A stretch of 64,000 nucleotides of DNA. Source: an uncultured delta proteobacterium (lineage in GTDB: Bacteria > Desulfobacterota > Binatia > UBA9968). Location of the stretch: the NCBI GenBank assembly GCA_963727625.1, contig CAVSHR010000002.1, positions 352,001-416,000 on the forward strand, read 5' to 3'. The translations under genes were made by a program, and so were the position numbers. Below the pieces are notes generated by a model. The model searched no databases, was not told where the DNA came from, and saw nothing but the letters and a program-made list of their open reading frames with translations. Positions 20,498 to 30,597 of this stretch are shown here, piece by piece (the stretch's first letter is position 1; the number at the start of each line of letters is the position of its first letter).

Positions 20498-21867
20498 TAA
20501 ATCAAGGGTTTGAGGGCTTTGCCGATGGCCTTGCCGCAGGGTTCGCCGTCTCTCATCTGCACATGGCCACGCACGACGGTGAGCACCGGCATTCCTTTGA
20601 CTTTCCAGCCATGCCACGGCGACGGCTTGTTTTTGCTGTGCAGTTTGTTGACGTCGATGGTGCCTTCCTTGTCCATGTCGACGACCGTGATGTCGCCGTC
20701 TGAGCCGAGGCGGATTGCCCCTTTCCTTGGGTACACTTGCCAAACTTTGGCCGGGTTCTCGGAAGCAACCTTTACATACTGATTAAGCGTCAAGCGGCCC
20801 TTGTTGACTTCGGTCAAGATCAGCGGCACGCCGGTTTCCACGCCGCAGAAACCTGAAATGCAATCCCAGATCGCCGGCTTGGTGAGCTTGCCGTAAATGT
20901 CCGATCCTTTCTCCTCCAAAGTGTGCGGCGAGTGGTCGGTGGCGATGGAGTCGACGAATCCTTCGCGCAGACCCTGCCAGAGCACTTCGGCGTGGTCCTG
21001 GGTGCGCACCGGCGGGTTCATCTTGAGCAACGAGCCGACCTTGTCCATGTCGTTCGGTTCGCGGAGCAGATAGTGCGGGCCGGTCTCGGCGGTGATTCTC
21101 AAGCCGCGCGCCTTGGCGTCGCGGACCATGTACGCAGCCTGCTTCGAGCTCATATGAAAGACGTGCAACTTGGTGCCGAAGGTCTCGGCGAAGAAGATCG
21201 CGTGGTGCACCGATTCCGCCTCGCAGATGTCAGGCCGGGAAGCTTCCCAGTAGCGCGCGTCGTTCTTGCCTTCGGTTTTTAGCTTGTTGGTGCAGTAGGC
21301 CATGATCTGGCGGTTCTCGGCGTGAATACCGAGCGGCAGCTTGGACTGAGCGATGTAGTCGAACGCTTCCATGCACATGCCATCGTCCGGGAAGGGCAGG
21401 TTGCCGATGGTTTCGCCGAAAAAGATTTTGTAGCCGATGACGCCGGCGGCGGCCATCGGGAGAATATCTTTGGTATTCGTCTGCACGACGACGCCGGTGA
21501 TGCCGAAGTCGACGAGCGATTTGGCTTCGCCGAGTTCTTTCTTCACTTTGACCTGTTCTGCGTCGGCGGTCGGCGGCACCGTGTTCGGCATGTCGACGAC
21601 GGTGGTGATGCCGCCGCACACCGCGGCCGTAGATCCGGAATTGAAATCTTCTTTGTGAGTCATGCCCGGCTCTCTAAAATGAACGTGACCATCGAAGAGT
21701 CCCGGCAAGATATGCTTGCCTTTGACATCGATTTCCTCTTTGCCTTGAGGCAATGAGTCGTCCGTGCCGATCGCCACGATCTTTTCGCCGCTGACGGCGA
21801 CGCCGCCTTTAAAGGTCGCGTCGGGGGTGACCACCCAACCGTTTTTTATTATTAAATCTGCTGCCAT
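20497..21867 (-). CDS. Cyclic amidohydrolase (allantoinase/dihydroorotase/dihydropyrimidinase family)
   Basis: PGLFDGHVHFREPG, DMPNT, GYK, HAEN, KMNPPVR, ATDHSPH. Confidence 0.92.
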   Translation of the reverse strand: MAADLIIKNGWVVTPDATFKGGVAVSGEKIVAIGTDDSLPQGKEEIDVKGKHILPGLFDGHVHFREPGMTHKEDFNSGSTAAVCGGITTVVDMPNTVPPTADAEQVKVKKELGEAKSLVDFGITGVVVQTNTKDILPMAAAGVIGYKIFFGETIGNLPFPDDGMCMEAFDYIAQSKLPLGIHAENRQIMAYCTNKLKTEGKNDARYWEASRPDICEAESVHHAIFFAETFGTKLHVFHMSSKQAAYMVRDAKARGLRITAETGPHYLLREPNDMDKVGSLLKMNPPVRTQDHAEVLWQGLREGFVDSIATDHSPHTLEEKGSDIYGKLTKPAIWDCISGFCGVETGVPLILTEVNKGRLTLNQYVKVASENPAKVWQVYPRKGAIRLGSDGDITVVDMDKEGTIDVNKLHSKNKPSPWHGWKVKGMPVLTVVRGHVQMRDGEPCGKAIGKALKPLI

Positions 21868-21897
21868 TTTGCTTCCTTTCTACTGTGATTTGATTTT

Positions 21898-22620
21898 CTA
21901 AATGTCGCTCGCTACGGCTTTGAGCCCGCGAATCGCCTGGCGGTGTTCAAGGTCGGCCATGACGTTTTTCTTGCCTGCTTGAATGTGGCCGCGCAAGACG
22001 GCGACGGCCTCCGCCGTGTCGCGCCGCTCCATGGCGTCGAGCAGCCGCAGGTGTTCCTGGTGCGCGGCGACGCCGCGCGCCTGATCGTACAGTCCGTCGG
22101 TTCTGCGCTTGAGCACGATGCGCTCGAAGACATGGCTCAGGGTGTTTTGCAAAATTTCGTTGCCGGTCAACTTGGCGATCTCAAGATGCACGTCCTGATC
22201 ATAAACTAGCCGCTCGCGGGTGAAGCGATTTTGCACGTCCTGGCCGTAAGCGTTCATCTTACCGCGCAGCTGGTAGAGCGCGGCGTCGGTGATCGTGGCG
22301 ACGGCTTTTTCCACCGCGAAAGCTTCCAACGCTTCACGCAGCTCATAGAGCTCTTCCGCCTCTTGCATTCTAATTTCTTTGCAGGTAAAACCGCGGTTCG
22401 GCAGGAAAGAGACATATCCTTCCTGGACAAGCCGAGTCAGTGCTTCGCGTACTGGAGTGCGACTAACGCCGAGACGTTCACTGAGCTGTTGGTGATGCAG
22501 TTTTTGTCCCGGCAGGATCTCGTTGCACAGAATCAAATTTTTAATTTGGTTGTAAACGCGAGCTGAAAGGTTTTCGACAGCGCGCGGTTTGTTTTTGCTT
22601 CTCTTGAGGGGGTAAGGCAT
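21898..22620 (-). CDS. GntR (FadR/FCD) transcriptional regulator
   Basis: LGVSRTPVREAL wHTH; ELYELREALE; EH..L; ATG at 22620 preferred. Confidence 0.92.
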   Translation of the reverse strand: MPYPLKRSKNKPRAVENLSARVYNQIKNLILCNEILPGQKLHHQQLSERLGVSRTPVREALTRLVQEGYVSFLPNRGFTCKEIRMQEAEELYELREALEAFAVEKAVATITDAALYQLRGKMNAYGQDVQNRFTRERLVYDQDVHLEIAKLTGNEILQNTLSHVFERIVLKRRTDGLYDQARGVAAHQEHLRLLDAMERRDTAEAVAVLRGHIQAGKKNVMADLEHRQAIRGLKAVASDI

Positions 22621-22629
22621 GAATGAAAT

Positions 22630-22643
22630 TTTTGTATGCAAAA
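22630..22643. promoter_or_regulatory. Putative GntR/FadR operator palindrome
   Basis: TTTTGTATGCAAAA, a near-perfect palindrome just upstream of the gntR start in a divergent intergenic region. Confidence 0.45.
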
Positions 22644-22836
22644 GTTTATGCAACGCCGCAAAAACTATCTGATCCGGTGATCCTTGTCAACGAAGAGAAT
22701 TTTGTGCTTGAAAAATCATTTTAAAATGATAAGGAAGCTTGCGGCTGTCGCGATTTGCGCGATGATCGGCAAGGGGCTGCGCGGTCATTTACCTGGCGTG
22801 AATCCGCCGATTAACATATTTTTTTGAGGAGGCATT

Positions 22837-23652
22837 GTGGCACAGACCAAGTTACAGGCGATTGGATTGCGGCACGAGTACTACCAACCGAGAACGGGTG
22901 GCAGACTCTTGGCCTTGGACAACATCAATCTGCAGGTTGAAGACGGCGAGTTCGTGACCATCGTCGGTCCCAGCGGATGCGGCAAGACCACCTTTATTAA
23001 CCTCTGCGACGGATTGCTCAAGCCAACCGCCGGAAAAATCATCATCGACGGAAAACCGGTTACCGGACCGGGCATCGACCGCGGCATGGTGTTTCAGGAT
23101 TCCTGCCTGATGCCCTGGCGCACGGTGCTCAAAAACGTCATATTCGGCTTGGAATGCCAAGGCATGGATAACGGCGAAGGCCAGGAGCGCGCTCGCGGGT
23201 TTATCAAGCTGGTCGGATTGCAGGGTTTCGAAGATCATTATCCGCACGAGCTTTCCGGAGGCATGCAGCAGCGCTGTAACTTGGCGCGCGCTCTCACCGT
23301 CGATCCCCAGATTCTCATTATGGACGAGCCATTCGCCGCCCTCGACGCTCAGACCCGGGAAATCATGCAAGCGGAATTGCTGCGCATTTGGCGAGAGGCG
23401 GGCAAGACTGTGCTCTTCATCACCCATCAGATCAACGAAGCAATTTACCTTGCCGACCGCGTCATCGTGTTCGGCTCGCGCCCCGGAAATGTGAAAGAGA
23501 CGATCAAGATCAACCTGGCGCGGCCGCGCGATCTGTCGATCAAACGCGATCCGAAATTTCTCGAATACGAAGACAGACTTTGGAACTTGATCGAGGAAGA
23601 GGTCAAGAAGACCATGGTCCAAGATCAGGTCGTGCACAACATCAATAACTGA
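22837..23652 (+). CDS. ABC ATP-binding protein (NitT/TauT family)
   Basis: GPSGCGKT, LSGGMQQR, MDEPFAALD, LARPR C-terminus; GTG start with GAGGAGG. Confidence 0.93.
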   Translation: MAQTKLQAIGLRHEYYQPRTGGRLLALDNINLQVEDGEFVTIVGPSGCGKTTFINLCDGLLKPTAGKIIIDGKPVTGPGIDRGMVFQDSCLMPWRTVLKNVIFGLECQGMDNGEGQERARGFIKLVGLQGFEDHYPHELSGGMQQRCNLARALTVDPQILIMDEPFAALDAQTREIMQAELLRIWREAGKTVLFITHQINEAIYLADRVIVFGSRPGNVKETIKINLARPRDLSIKRDPKFLEYEDRLWNLIEEEVKKTMVQDQVVHNINN

Positions 23653-23673
23653 GAGGTTTAGACAGGGTTTTAC

Positions 23674-25368
23674 ATGGGAAGTCGTTTCAATTCCCAATCC
23701 CTGATTTTATTCGGCTGCACCGCTTTCGTCCTCTACCTCGCTGGGGTACCGCTCCTGATGTTGCTCTACGGCAGCTTGAGGAGCGCGCCCATCGGCGAGC
23801 CGGGAGCGACGTACACGATTCAGAATTACATCAAGGCGTATTTCGATAAGGAATTCTATTTACTTCTCTTAAATTCCGTCTACTACGCGCTCGGTACCTG
23901 CACGCTCACTTTTCTGATCGGTACCTTTCTCGCTTGGGTAAGCGAACGGACGAACACACCGTTGAAGAAGCTGTTCGTGGTTATGTCGCTGATCCCGTTT
24001 ATTATCCCCGGCATCTTGAGCACGATTTCGTGGATTCTTCTGCTCAGCCCGAAGATCGGTCTGATCAACATCGCGGTCAAGGATGTTCTTGGTCTGGAGT
24101 CGGCGCCGTTCAACGTTTATTCGATGTGGGGCATGATTTGGGCCGAATCGATTCATCTGTATCCTCTGGTGTTTCTGTTGATGTCCGCGGCTTTTCGCAA
24201 CATGGATACCTCACTGGAGGAGGCCGCGCTCACCGCCGGATCAAGCACCTTCCAAACTTTTTACCGGGTGACCCTGCCGCTCATGCGCCCGGCCATGTTC
24301 AGCGTGCTTTTAATCAACTTCATCCGCGGCATCGAGGCGTTCGAGGTGCCGGCGCTGATCGGCGTGCCGGCGAAGATTTCAGTCTTCACCACCAAAATTT
24401 TTCTCGCGATTCACCAATTCCCATCCGATTTTGGTTTAGCCGGCGCCTACGCGGTGACCCTATTGGCGATTAGCACGGTCGGCGTGCTCATCTACGGTCG
24501 GATCACCCGCGGCGAAGAACGCTACGCGACCGTGACCGGCAAGGGCTACCGGCCGCGGGTGATCGATCTCGGCCCCTGGAAATACGCCACGCTGGGAATT
24601 TCGTTTTTGATATTTTTTCTGGCGGTCGTTATGCCGGTTTTCGTTTTGCTCTGGTCGTCCTTTATTCCTTACTACGGCGTTCCGTCGCGCGAGCTGATGG
24701 CGAAGATGACCTGGGGAAACTATCAATACATTCTTAATTACCCTCTTGCATTAACCGCATTTAAGAATAGTTTTTATTTGTCGGTTGGCTCGGCGACCCT
24801 GGTTATGCTGCTCACATCGGTGATCGCTTGGATCACCGTTAAGACTAAACTGCCGGGAAGAGCCTTGTTGGACAATATGACATTCATCCCCATCGCCATG
24901 CCGGGCATCGTGTTGGGGGTGAGCTTGATTTGGGTTTATTTGACGCTGCCGATTCCCATCTATGGAACAATTTGGGTCTTGCTGCTTGCATATATAACCA
25001 AGTTTATGCCGTATGGGATCCGCGCCGCTTCGGCGTCGATGATTCAAATCAACAAGGAATTGGAAGAGGCTTCTTTGACGGCCGGGGGCACCTGGTTTCA
25101 GACTTTTAGAAAGGTCCTATTGCCGTTGTTGATGCCCGGATTCACCGCAGGGTGGATCTATATCAGCATCATCGCCTTGAGAGAGTTGTCGACGTCGATT
25201 TTGCTTTATTCTTACAACAGCACGGTGCTGTCGATCATGGCATTCGACCTCTGGGAGGGCGGCCAATACACTTACGTGTGTGCTCTCGGCGTGTTGATGG
25301 TGCTCTTGCTCGTCGCCATGGCGTTCACTGCGCGGAAACTCGGCGCAAAAATCGGTATCGCAGAATAA
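23674..25368 (+). CDS. Fe3+/thiamine-type (FbpB-like) fused ABC permease
   Basis: Two EAA motifs (LEEAALTAG, LEEASLTAG); YATVTGKG linker. Confidence 0.9.
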   Translation: MGSRFNSQSLILFGCTAFVLYLAGVPLLMLLYGSLRSAPIGEPGATYTIQNYIKAYFDKEFYLLLLNSVYYALGTCTLTFLIGTFLAWVSERTNTPLKKLFVVMSLIPFIIPGILSTISWILLLSPKIGLINIAVKDVLGLESAPFNVYSMWGMIWAESIHLYPLVFLLMSAAFRNMDTSLEEAALTAGSSTFQTFYRVTLPLMRPAMFSVLLINFIRGIEAFEVPALIGVPAKISVFTTKIFLAIHQFPSDFGLAGAYAVTLLAISTVGVLIYGRITRGEERYATVTGKGYRPRVIDLGPWKYATLGISFLIFFLAVVMPVFVLLWSSFIPYYGVPSRELMAKMTWGNYQYILNYPLALTAFKNSFYLSVGSATLVMLLTSVIAWITVKTKLPGRALLDNMTFIPIAMPGIVLGVSLIWVYLTLPIPIYGTIWVLLLAYITKFMPYGIRAASASMIQINKELEEASLTAGGTWFQTFRKVLLPLLMPGFTAGWIYISIIALRELSTSILLYSYNSTVLSIMAFDLWEGGQYTYVCALGVLMVLLLVAMAFTARKLGAKIGIAE

Positions 25369-25435
25369 TCTTGCGAGTTAAGGCTTGACGGGTCGGTGTC
25401 GCGCGATCTGCGGCAGCGGGCCGGTGGGAGGAGAC

Positions 25436-26584
25436 ATGGCAGAAAAAAAAGACATGGTGGAAATCGAATCGCTGGAGAAGTACTTCGGCGAGGACAAAGA
25501 GCGCGTCCATGTGCTCAAAGGCGTGACGCTCAATATTCCCGAGGGCTCTCTTTACACATTTCTCGGCCCGAGCGGTTGCGGCAAGACCACGACGCTACGT
25601 TGCGTGGCCGGTTTGGAAAGGCCGGACGGCGGCAAGATCAGCATCGGCGGTCATACGGTGTACGCGTCCGGTGAAAGAGTTTACGTTCCAACCAATAAGC
25701 GCCCCATCGGCATGGTGTTTCAGTCCTACGCGATCTGGCCGCATATGACCGTGGCCGAAAACGTTGCTTATCCTCTGACAATTCAGCGCAAGTCCAAGGA
25801 CGAGATCAAGCGGAGGGTGGGCGAAGTCCTAAAAATCGTCGGTCTCGACGGCCTGGAAGACCGTCCGGCGCCGAAGCTCTCCGGCGGCCAGCAGCAGCGT
25901 GTCGCTTTCGCCCGCGCCTTGATCAACGAGCCAAAGGTTATGCTCCTCGACGAGCCCCTGAGTAACCTGGATGCCAAACTGCGGGTGCAGATGCGCTCGG
26001 AGATCAAAGCGCTGCAGCGCAGGACCAGTATAACGACTATCTTCGTCACCCACGATCAGGCCGAAGCCTTGGCCATCTCCGACCAGATCGCAGTGATGCA
26101 TGGCGGTGTGCTGATTGAAGTCGGCGCCCCGCATCAGCTTTACTCCCGACCGACCCGCCGCTTCACCGCGACATTCTTGGGTTTAACCAACCTGATCGAC
26201 GGCAAAATCGTCGAGCTCAGCGGCAACGGCCAGCCGGGAAAAATCCAAACCAAAAAAGGCCTGCTATCATTCATCCCGGCGCCGGGCCTGAAGAAGGACC
26301 AGGCGGCGGTGCTATCGATCCGGCCGGAAAATATTCCGCTTTTCAAAGAGCAGCCGCAAGGGCTGGAAAACGTGCTGGAAGGAAAAGTGACCGAAGCGAT
26401 ATTCATGGGCGACGCCTATCAATGTAAGGTCGCCGTCGGCGATGATATACTGGCGGTGCACACCCATCCTTTCAACGCCGTGAGCCCCGGGGATAAAGTT
26501 TACCTCCAGCTCGATCCGGCTAGCTGCAACGGACTTCCCGCGGATGATAGGGAAGGTGTTGATGAATCGATGTTGGGGGACTAG
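25436..26584 (+). CDS. ABC ATP-binding protein (FbpC/PotA family with TOBE)
   Basis: GPSGCGKT, FQSYAIWPHMTV, LSGGQQQR, DEPLSNLDAKLR; ATG at 25436 after GGAGGAG. Confidence 0.93.
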   Translation: MAEKKDMVEIESLEKYFGEDKERVHVLKGVTLNIPEGSLYTFLGPSGCGKTTTLRCVAGLERPDGGKISIGGHTVYASGERVYVPTNKRPIGMVFQSYAIWPHMTVAENVAYPLTIQRKSKDEIKRRVGEVLKIVGLDGLEDRPAPKLSGGQQQRVAFARALINEPKVMLLDEPLSNLDAKLRVQMRSEIKALQRRTSITTIFVTHDQAEALAISDQIAVMHGGVLIEVGAPHQLYSRPTRRFTATFLGLTNLIDGKIVELSGNGQPGKIQTKKGLLSFIPAPGLKKDQAAVLSIRPENIPLFKEQPQGLENVLEGKVTEAIFMGDAYQCKVAVGDDILAVHTHPFNAVSPGDKVYLQLDPASCNGLPADDREGVDESMLGD

Positions 26585-26622
26585 AATGCCCCCAAGCCGA
26601 GATTGAAAGGAGACTTATTGAA

Positions 26623-28113
26623 ATGACCGCACTGGAGGCTAGGAAATTAGCCGAAGATGAAATGAAAGCCGGGAAAACCCCGAAGTACGCCGACCTGCGT
26701 GAATGGTTGGAGATTGTCGACAGCTTCGGCGAGCTGAAAAAGATCGATGGCGCCGATTGGAACCTCGAAATGGGCACTCTGGCCGAGCTTTTGTCCCGCG
26801 AGACCAAAAGCGGCTCTGTGCCCGCGGTTCTATTCGACAACGTACCGGGTTATCCAAAAGGTTTCCGCACACTGTTCGCACAAAACGCTTCGTTCAAACG
26901 CATGGCTTTGAATTTGGGCCTGGACATGAACCTTTCCAGTCTCGATTTGGTTCGTGCTTTCCGACAAAAACTAGTGAGCCATGAGCCGATTAAGCATAAG
27001 GTCGTCACTAAAGGCCCCATTCTTGAAAATGTCGATTCCGGCGACAAGGTCGACCTGCTTAAGTTTCCCGTTCCTTTCATGCACGAATTGGATGGCGGGC
27101 GTTTCATTGGCACCGCATGCTTGGTTACCACTCGCGATCCGGATGAAGGCTGGGTAAATTTCGGCGCCTATCGGGGCATGGTGCACGACAACAAAACCAT
27201 GGGTCTTTATATCTCGCCCGGCAAGCATGGCAGCATTCAGCGCAACAAGTACTTTGAACGAGGCAAGCCTTGCCCGGTGATCGTCTCCGTCGGCCAAGAT
27301 CCAGTCCTGTTCATGGTGTCCGGCAACGAGATCGACTACGGCGTGTCTGAATTCGATTATGCCGGTGGTCTCAAGGGCGCGCCCATCGAAGTCATTGAAG
27401 GCAAATCCACCGGCCTGCCGTTCGCGGCCCAAGCGGAAATCGTCATCGAAGGTTGGATGGACCCGACCGATAGAAAGACCGAAGGTCCGTTCGGCGAGTG
27501 GACCGGTTATTATGCCAGCTCGAGCCGTCCGGAACCGGTGATTCGCGTCGAAAACGTCTACTACAGAAACAATCCAATTCTCTGCTGCGCCCGTCCGGGC
27601 CGTCCGCCGTCGGATTATTCCATCGCTAAATGCATGGTGAAGGCGGCGTTGATTTGGGAGCAAGTTGAAAAAGCCGGTGTTCCCGATGTGCGGGGCGTGT
27701 GGTGTCACGAGGCTGGCGGTGGGCGCCTGTTCAACATCATTTCAATCAAACAGCGCTATCCGGGCCATGCACGTCAGGCTATGTTGGTCGCTTCCCAAGT
27801 TCATGCGGGCGCGTACCTTGGCCGCTATGTGATCGTCGTCGATGAGGACATCGATCCGACCAACACTTTCGACGTGATCTGGGCATTGGCCAGCCGTTCC
27901 GATCCTGTGGAGTCGATTGAAATTCTGCGCCGCTGCTGGAGCGGTCCGCTCGATCCGCGCATCCAACCGGGCAAAAAGGGCTTCAACTCCCGCGCGGTGA
28001 TCGACGCTTGCCGTCCGTTCGAGTGGATGAAAGATTTCCCGCCGGTGGCCGAGTCTTCGCCTGAGCTGAAGGAGAAGATCTACAACAAGTGGAAGAAGGT
28101 GATTGGAGGGTAG
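26623..28113 (+). CDS. UbiD-family (prFMN-dependent) decarboxylase
   Basis: PAVLFDNV.GY, DGGRFIGT, NFGAYR, EGPFGEWTGYY, VVDEDID. Confidence 0.93.
   Translation: MTALEARKLAEDEMKAGKTPKYADLREWLEIVDSFGELKKIDGADWNLEMGTLAELLSRETKSGSVPAVLFDNVPGYPKGFRTLFAQNASFKRMALNLGLDMNLSSLDLVRAFRQKLVSHEPIKHKVVTKGPILENVDSGDKVDLLKFPVPFMHELDGGRFIGTACLVTTRDPDEGWVNFGAYRGMVHDNKTMGLYISPGKHGSIQRNKYFERGKPCPVIVSVGQDPVLFMVSGNEIDYGVSEFDYAGGLKGAPIEVIEGKSTGLPFAAQAEIVIEGWMDPTDRKTEGPFGEWTGYYASSSRPEPVIRVENVYYRNNPILCCARPGRPPSDYSIAKCMVKAALIWEQVEKAGVPDVRGVWCHEAGGGRLFNIISIKQRYPGHARQAMLVASQVHAGAYLGRYVIVVDEDIDPTNTFDVIWALASRSDPVESIEILRRCWSGPLDPRIQPGKKGFNSRAVIDACRPFEWMKDFPPVAESSPELKEKIYNKWKKVIGG
27810..27962 (+). repeat. Direct repeat copy 1 (internal ubiD segment)
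   Basis: Near-identical to 30598-30748. Confidence 0.9.
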
Positions 28114-28136
28114 TTGAGATTTCGATTGCCGTATTA

Positions 28137-28179
28137 AACTAAAAAGGGCGACCGCTCATCACGGTCGTCCTTTTTAGTT
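28137..28179. terminator. Bidirectional intrinsic terminator
   Basis: AACTAAAAAGGGCGACCG-CTCATCA-CGGTCGTCCTTTTTAGTT between convergent genes. Confidence 0.85.
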
Positions 28180-28215
28180 GTTTTCGGCAGCGAGGCTTTT
28201 AATAAGACACAGTCT

Positions 28216-30135
28216 TTACCACTTGCCGGCCACGGGAAGATCACCTGGCTGCCCAAAGCCTGTGATGTATTTATCAACATCGGCGCCATCCCATTGGCCG
28301 TTGCCGTTGAAGTCCAAGAACCATTCTCCGGTGGCAGCTCTTAGCACGCCGATCTTCGCCGTGCCGTTGCCGTTCCAGTCCCCCACGATCGGCAGATCAC
28401 CGGGTGAGCCGAACGGACCATAGCACCGGTCGATCGTACAACTATCGGCCTTTCCGTTGCCGTTGGCGTCCAGCATCCACATACCGGTCTGCGGGGTGAA
28501 TACACCGATCTGCGCAATCCCCGCGCCATTCCAGTCGCCCACAACGGGAACATCGCCCGCTTGGCCAAAGGGGCCCAAACAACGATCCCGGTGGCAACCA
28601 TCCCATTTGTCGTTACCATTACGATCGAAGTACCAGTAACCCGCTGTTGTCGTGGTGGTCGTCCTATGTTTTCTCTTCCCCGTGGTCTTGGTGGAGGCGA
28701 CCAGTGTGTAAACCCCGGGAGAAGTTTTCGGCGCGCCGTCCCAACTGCCGACTAACGGGGTTTCACGGTTACTCATGTTGTTATTCAAAGCAAAGTTAAA
28801 GCAAGTCTCTTGCGAGCATCCTTGCCCAGTCAAATCTCCGTTGGTGTCGAGCTCCCAACTCTTCTGCGTCGTGTCATAGAGGCCGGGGCTGAGTTGACCC
28901 GTACCATTCCAATCCCCAACGAGGGGCAGGTCAGTGTCGGCGCCGAATGGTCCGCCGCAAACATCGGTTGTGCACCCCTGCCACAGACCGGTGGGGTTCG
29001 TGATCAGATACCAAGCTCCCGTAGCCGGGCGATAGATGCCAACGTTGGCGACGAGTTTTTTGGTGAAACTCGCCGAGCACGACTTGTTGCCGTTAAGCGT
29101 CACCGAACCGTCGAGACAATCCGCATCGCCGCTCCAACCCGAAAAATCGGTATCAGTGGCGGGTGTTGCTGTAAGAGCGACGACCGTTCCTTCGGTGAAC
29201 TCGGCCACGCACTTCGTACCGCAATCGATTCCTGAAGCATGGCTTGTGATCTGGCCGGTGCCGGTTCCCGTGCGCACGACAGTCAAAGAATAAGTGATTA
29301 GTTTGAATGACGCCGTGCAGGTTTTATTGGCACTCATCGTCACCGACCCATCCACGCAATCGCTATCCCCAGACCAGCCGACGAAGGTGGATCCGGAAGC
29401 CGGTGTCGCCTGCAGAGTAACCGCAACTCCGGTCTGAAATGTCACCGAGCACGCGCTACCACAGTCGATCCCCGCTGGCGAGCTGACGATTTTACCGTTG
29501 CCGCTGCCGGCGCTGGTGACGACGCTCACTGAATTTGTCGTTAACAAGTAGCCGGTAGAATTGGCAGTGAAAGTTGCGGCGCACGACTTGTTGGCGTTCA
29601 TCGTGAGCGAACCGTCCAGGCAGTCGCTGTCACCGCTCCAGCCCGCAAATGAATAATCCCTTGCCGGCACCGCCTGTAAGCTGACCGTCGTGCCGCTCGA
29701 GAAATTCGCCACGCATTCCGTGCCGCAACTTATTCCCGACGGGCTGCTGCTCACCGTGCCGCCGACCTGCGATACGAGAGTCACGCTGTAGGTCGTCACC
29801 GGAGGCGGCGGAGTGGTGGCGCAGACCTCGGAGGTGTAAGCCGAGGCACCGGTGTCGTTAAAGGCATCTACGCGATAGCAATACGTGGTGCTATCGGCAA
29901 GGCCGGCGTCACTGTACGAGATCGAATTAACCGGGGCACTGGCAATCGCGATAAAAGCCCCGTTGACACCGATCTTACGCTCAATGTTGAATCCGGTTTC
30001 GTCATTTGAATTATCCGCCCACGATAATTGCGTCACAGCGGCATTTGCTTGGTCCTCGGGAATCGCCAGCGCGACCAGCGATGACAGCATGATGAGCGAA
30101 AAAACGAGAAGAGCTTTAGAAAAATTGTAACGCAC
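28216..30135 (-). CDS. Secreted surface/adhesin-like protein: Fn3 + three InlB-B-like repeats + FG-GAP-like GDWNG repeats
   Basis: GTG start at 30135 after GGAGG; signal peptide; LSWADNS..ETGF.IER..YCYRV Fn3; 3x GI.CG..C...F..G..V.L.A.P...F.GWSGD.DC.DG; repeated P.VGDWNG.G. Confidence 0.85.
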   Translation of the reverse strand: MRYNFSKALLVFSLIMLSSLVALAIPEDQANAAVTQLSWADNSNDETGFNIERKIGVNGAFIAIASAPVNSISYSDAGLADSTTYCYRVDAFNDTGASAYTSEVCATTPPPPVTTYSVTLVSQVGGTVSSSPSGISCGTECVANFSSGTTVSLQAVPARDYSFAGWSGDSDCLDGSLTMNANKSCAATFTANSTGYLLTTNSVSVVTSAGSGNGKIVSSPAGIDCGSACSVTFQTGVAVTLQATPASGSTFVGWSGDSDCVDGSVTMSANKTCTASFKLITYSLTVVRTGTGTGQITSHASGIDCGTKCVAEFTEGTVVALTATPATDTDFSGWSGDADCLDGSVTLNGNKSCSASFTKKLVANVGIYRPATGAWYLITNPTGLWQGCTTDVCGGPFGADTDLPLVGDWNGTGQLSPGLYDTTQKSWELDTNGDLTGQGCSQETCFNFALNNNMSNRETPLVGSWDGAPKTSPGVYTLVASTKTTGKRKHRTTTTTTAGYWYFDRNGNDKWDGCHRDRCLGPFGQAGDVPVVGDWNGAGIAQIGVFTPQTGMWMLDANGNGKADSCTIDRCYGPFGSPGDLPIVGDWNGNGTAKIGVLRAATGEWFLDFNGNGQWDGADVDKYITGFGQPGDLPVAGKW

Positions 30136-30199
30136 GGTGTCCTCCCAGCTGGGTCTGCGCAATCCGAAATTGCACGAGCTGAGTGGAGCACTGTGCGTC

Positions 30200-30298
30200 C
30201 TTTCGGCGGCTCTGCTACCATGTCCTGTCCTTGGGCGACAGGAGTTAGGTCAGAAGCTTTGCGTCCCAACCTTTCGGTTGGTTTGCCTTTATCGTAGA
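30200..30298 (-). ncRNA. Cyclic di-GMP-I (GEMM) riboswitch
   Basis: Minus strand reads AAAGGCAAACCAACC-GAAA-GGTTGGGACGCAAAGCTTCTGACCTAA...ATGGTAGCAGAGCCGCCG: GNRA tetraloop, receptor and conserved GGCAAA/GACGCAAAG core, in the 5' UTR of the adhesin-like gene. Confidence 0.88.
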
Positions 30299-30349
30299 CC
30301 TATTAAAAAACCTTTTATAAACTCATAAACTTACCTAAGTATTATTAAC

Positions 30350-30364
30350 GCAGGATGCGTGCCA
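30350..30364 (-). promoter_or_regulatory. Putative sigma54 promoter upstream of the riboswitch
   Basis: Minus strand TGGCACGCATCCTGC = GG-N10-GC. Confidence 0.6.
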
Positions 30365-30597
30365 CGCGATTGAGCAGAAGAATCATCAATAGATTCACGT
30401 CGAAAGCCCATTTTCCAAGATTAAGCGACTGAATTGCCTAGGCTCGATTACACTCAATGCGCACCGACCCATTATATCCGCCGCTGCAAAAGGAGTTTTG
30501 CCGCGACCGGTACGCGGTTTTACTGGGTTCCATTCCCTCGAATATCGTCGCGGTGGGTGTTCGGCTGACACTCGGAAATTGCTCCGATTGATTAGCC

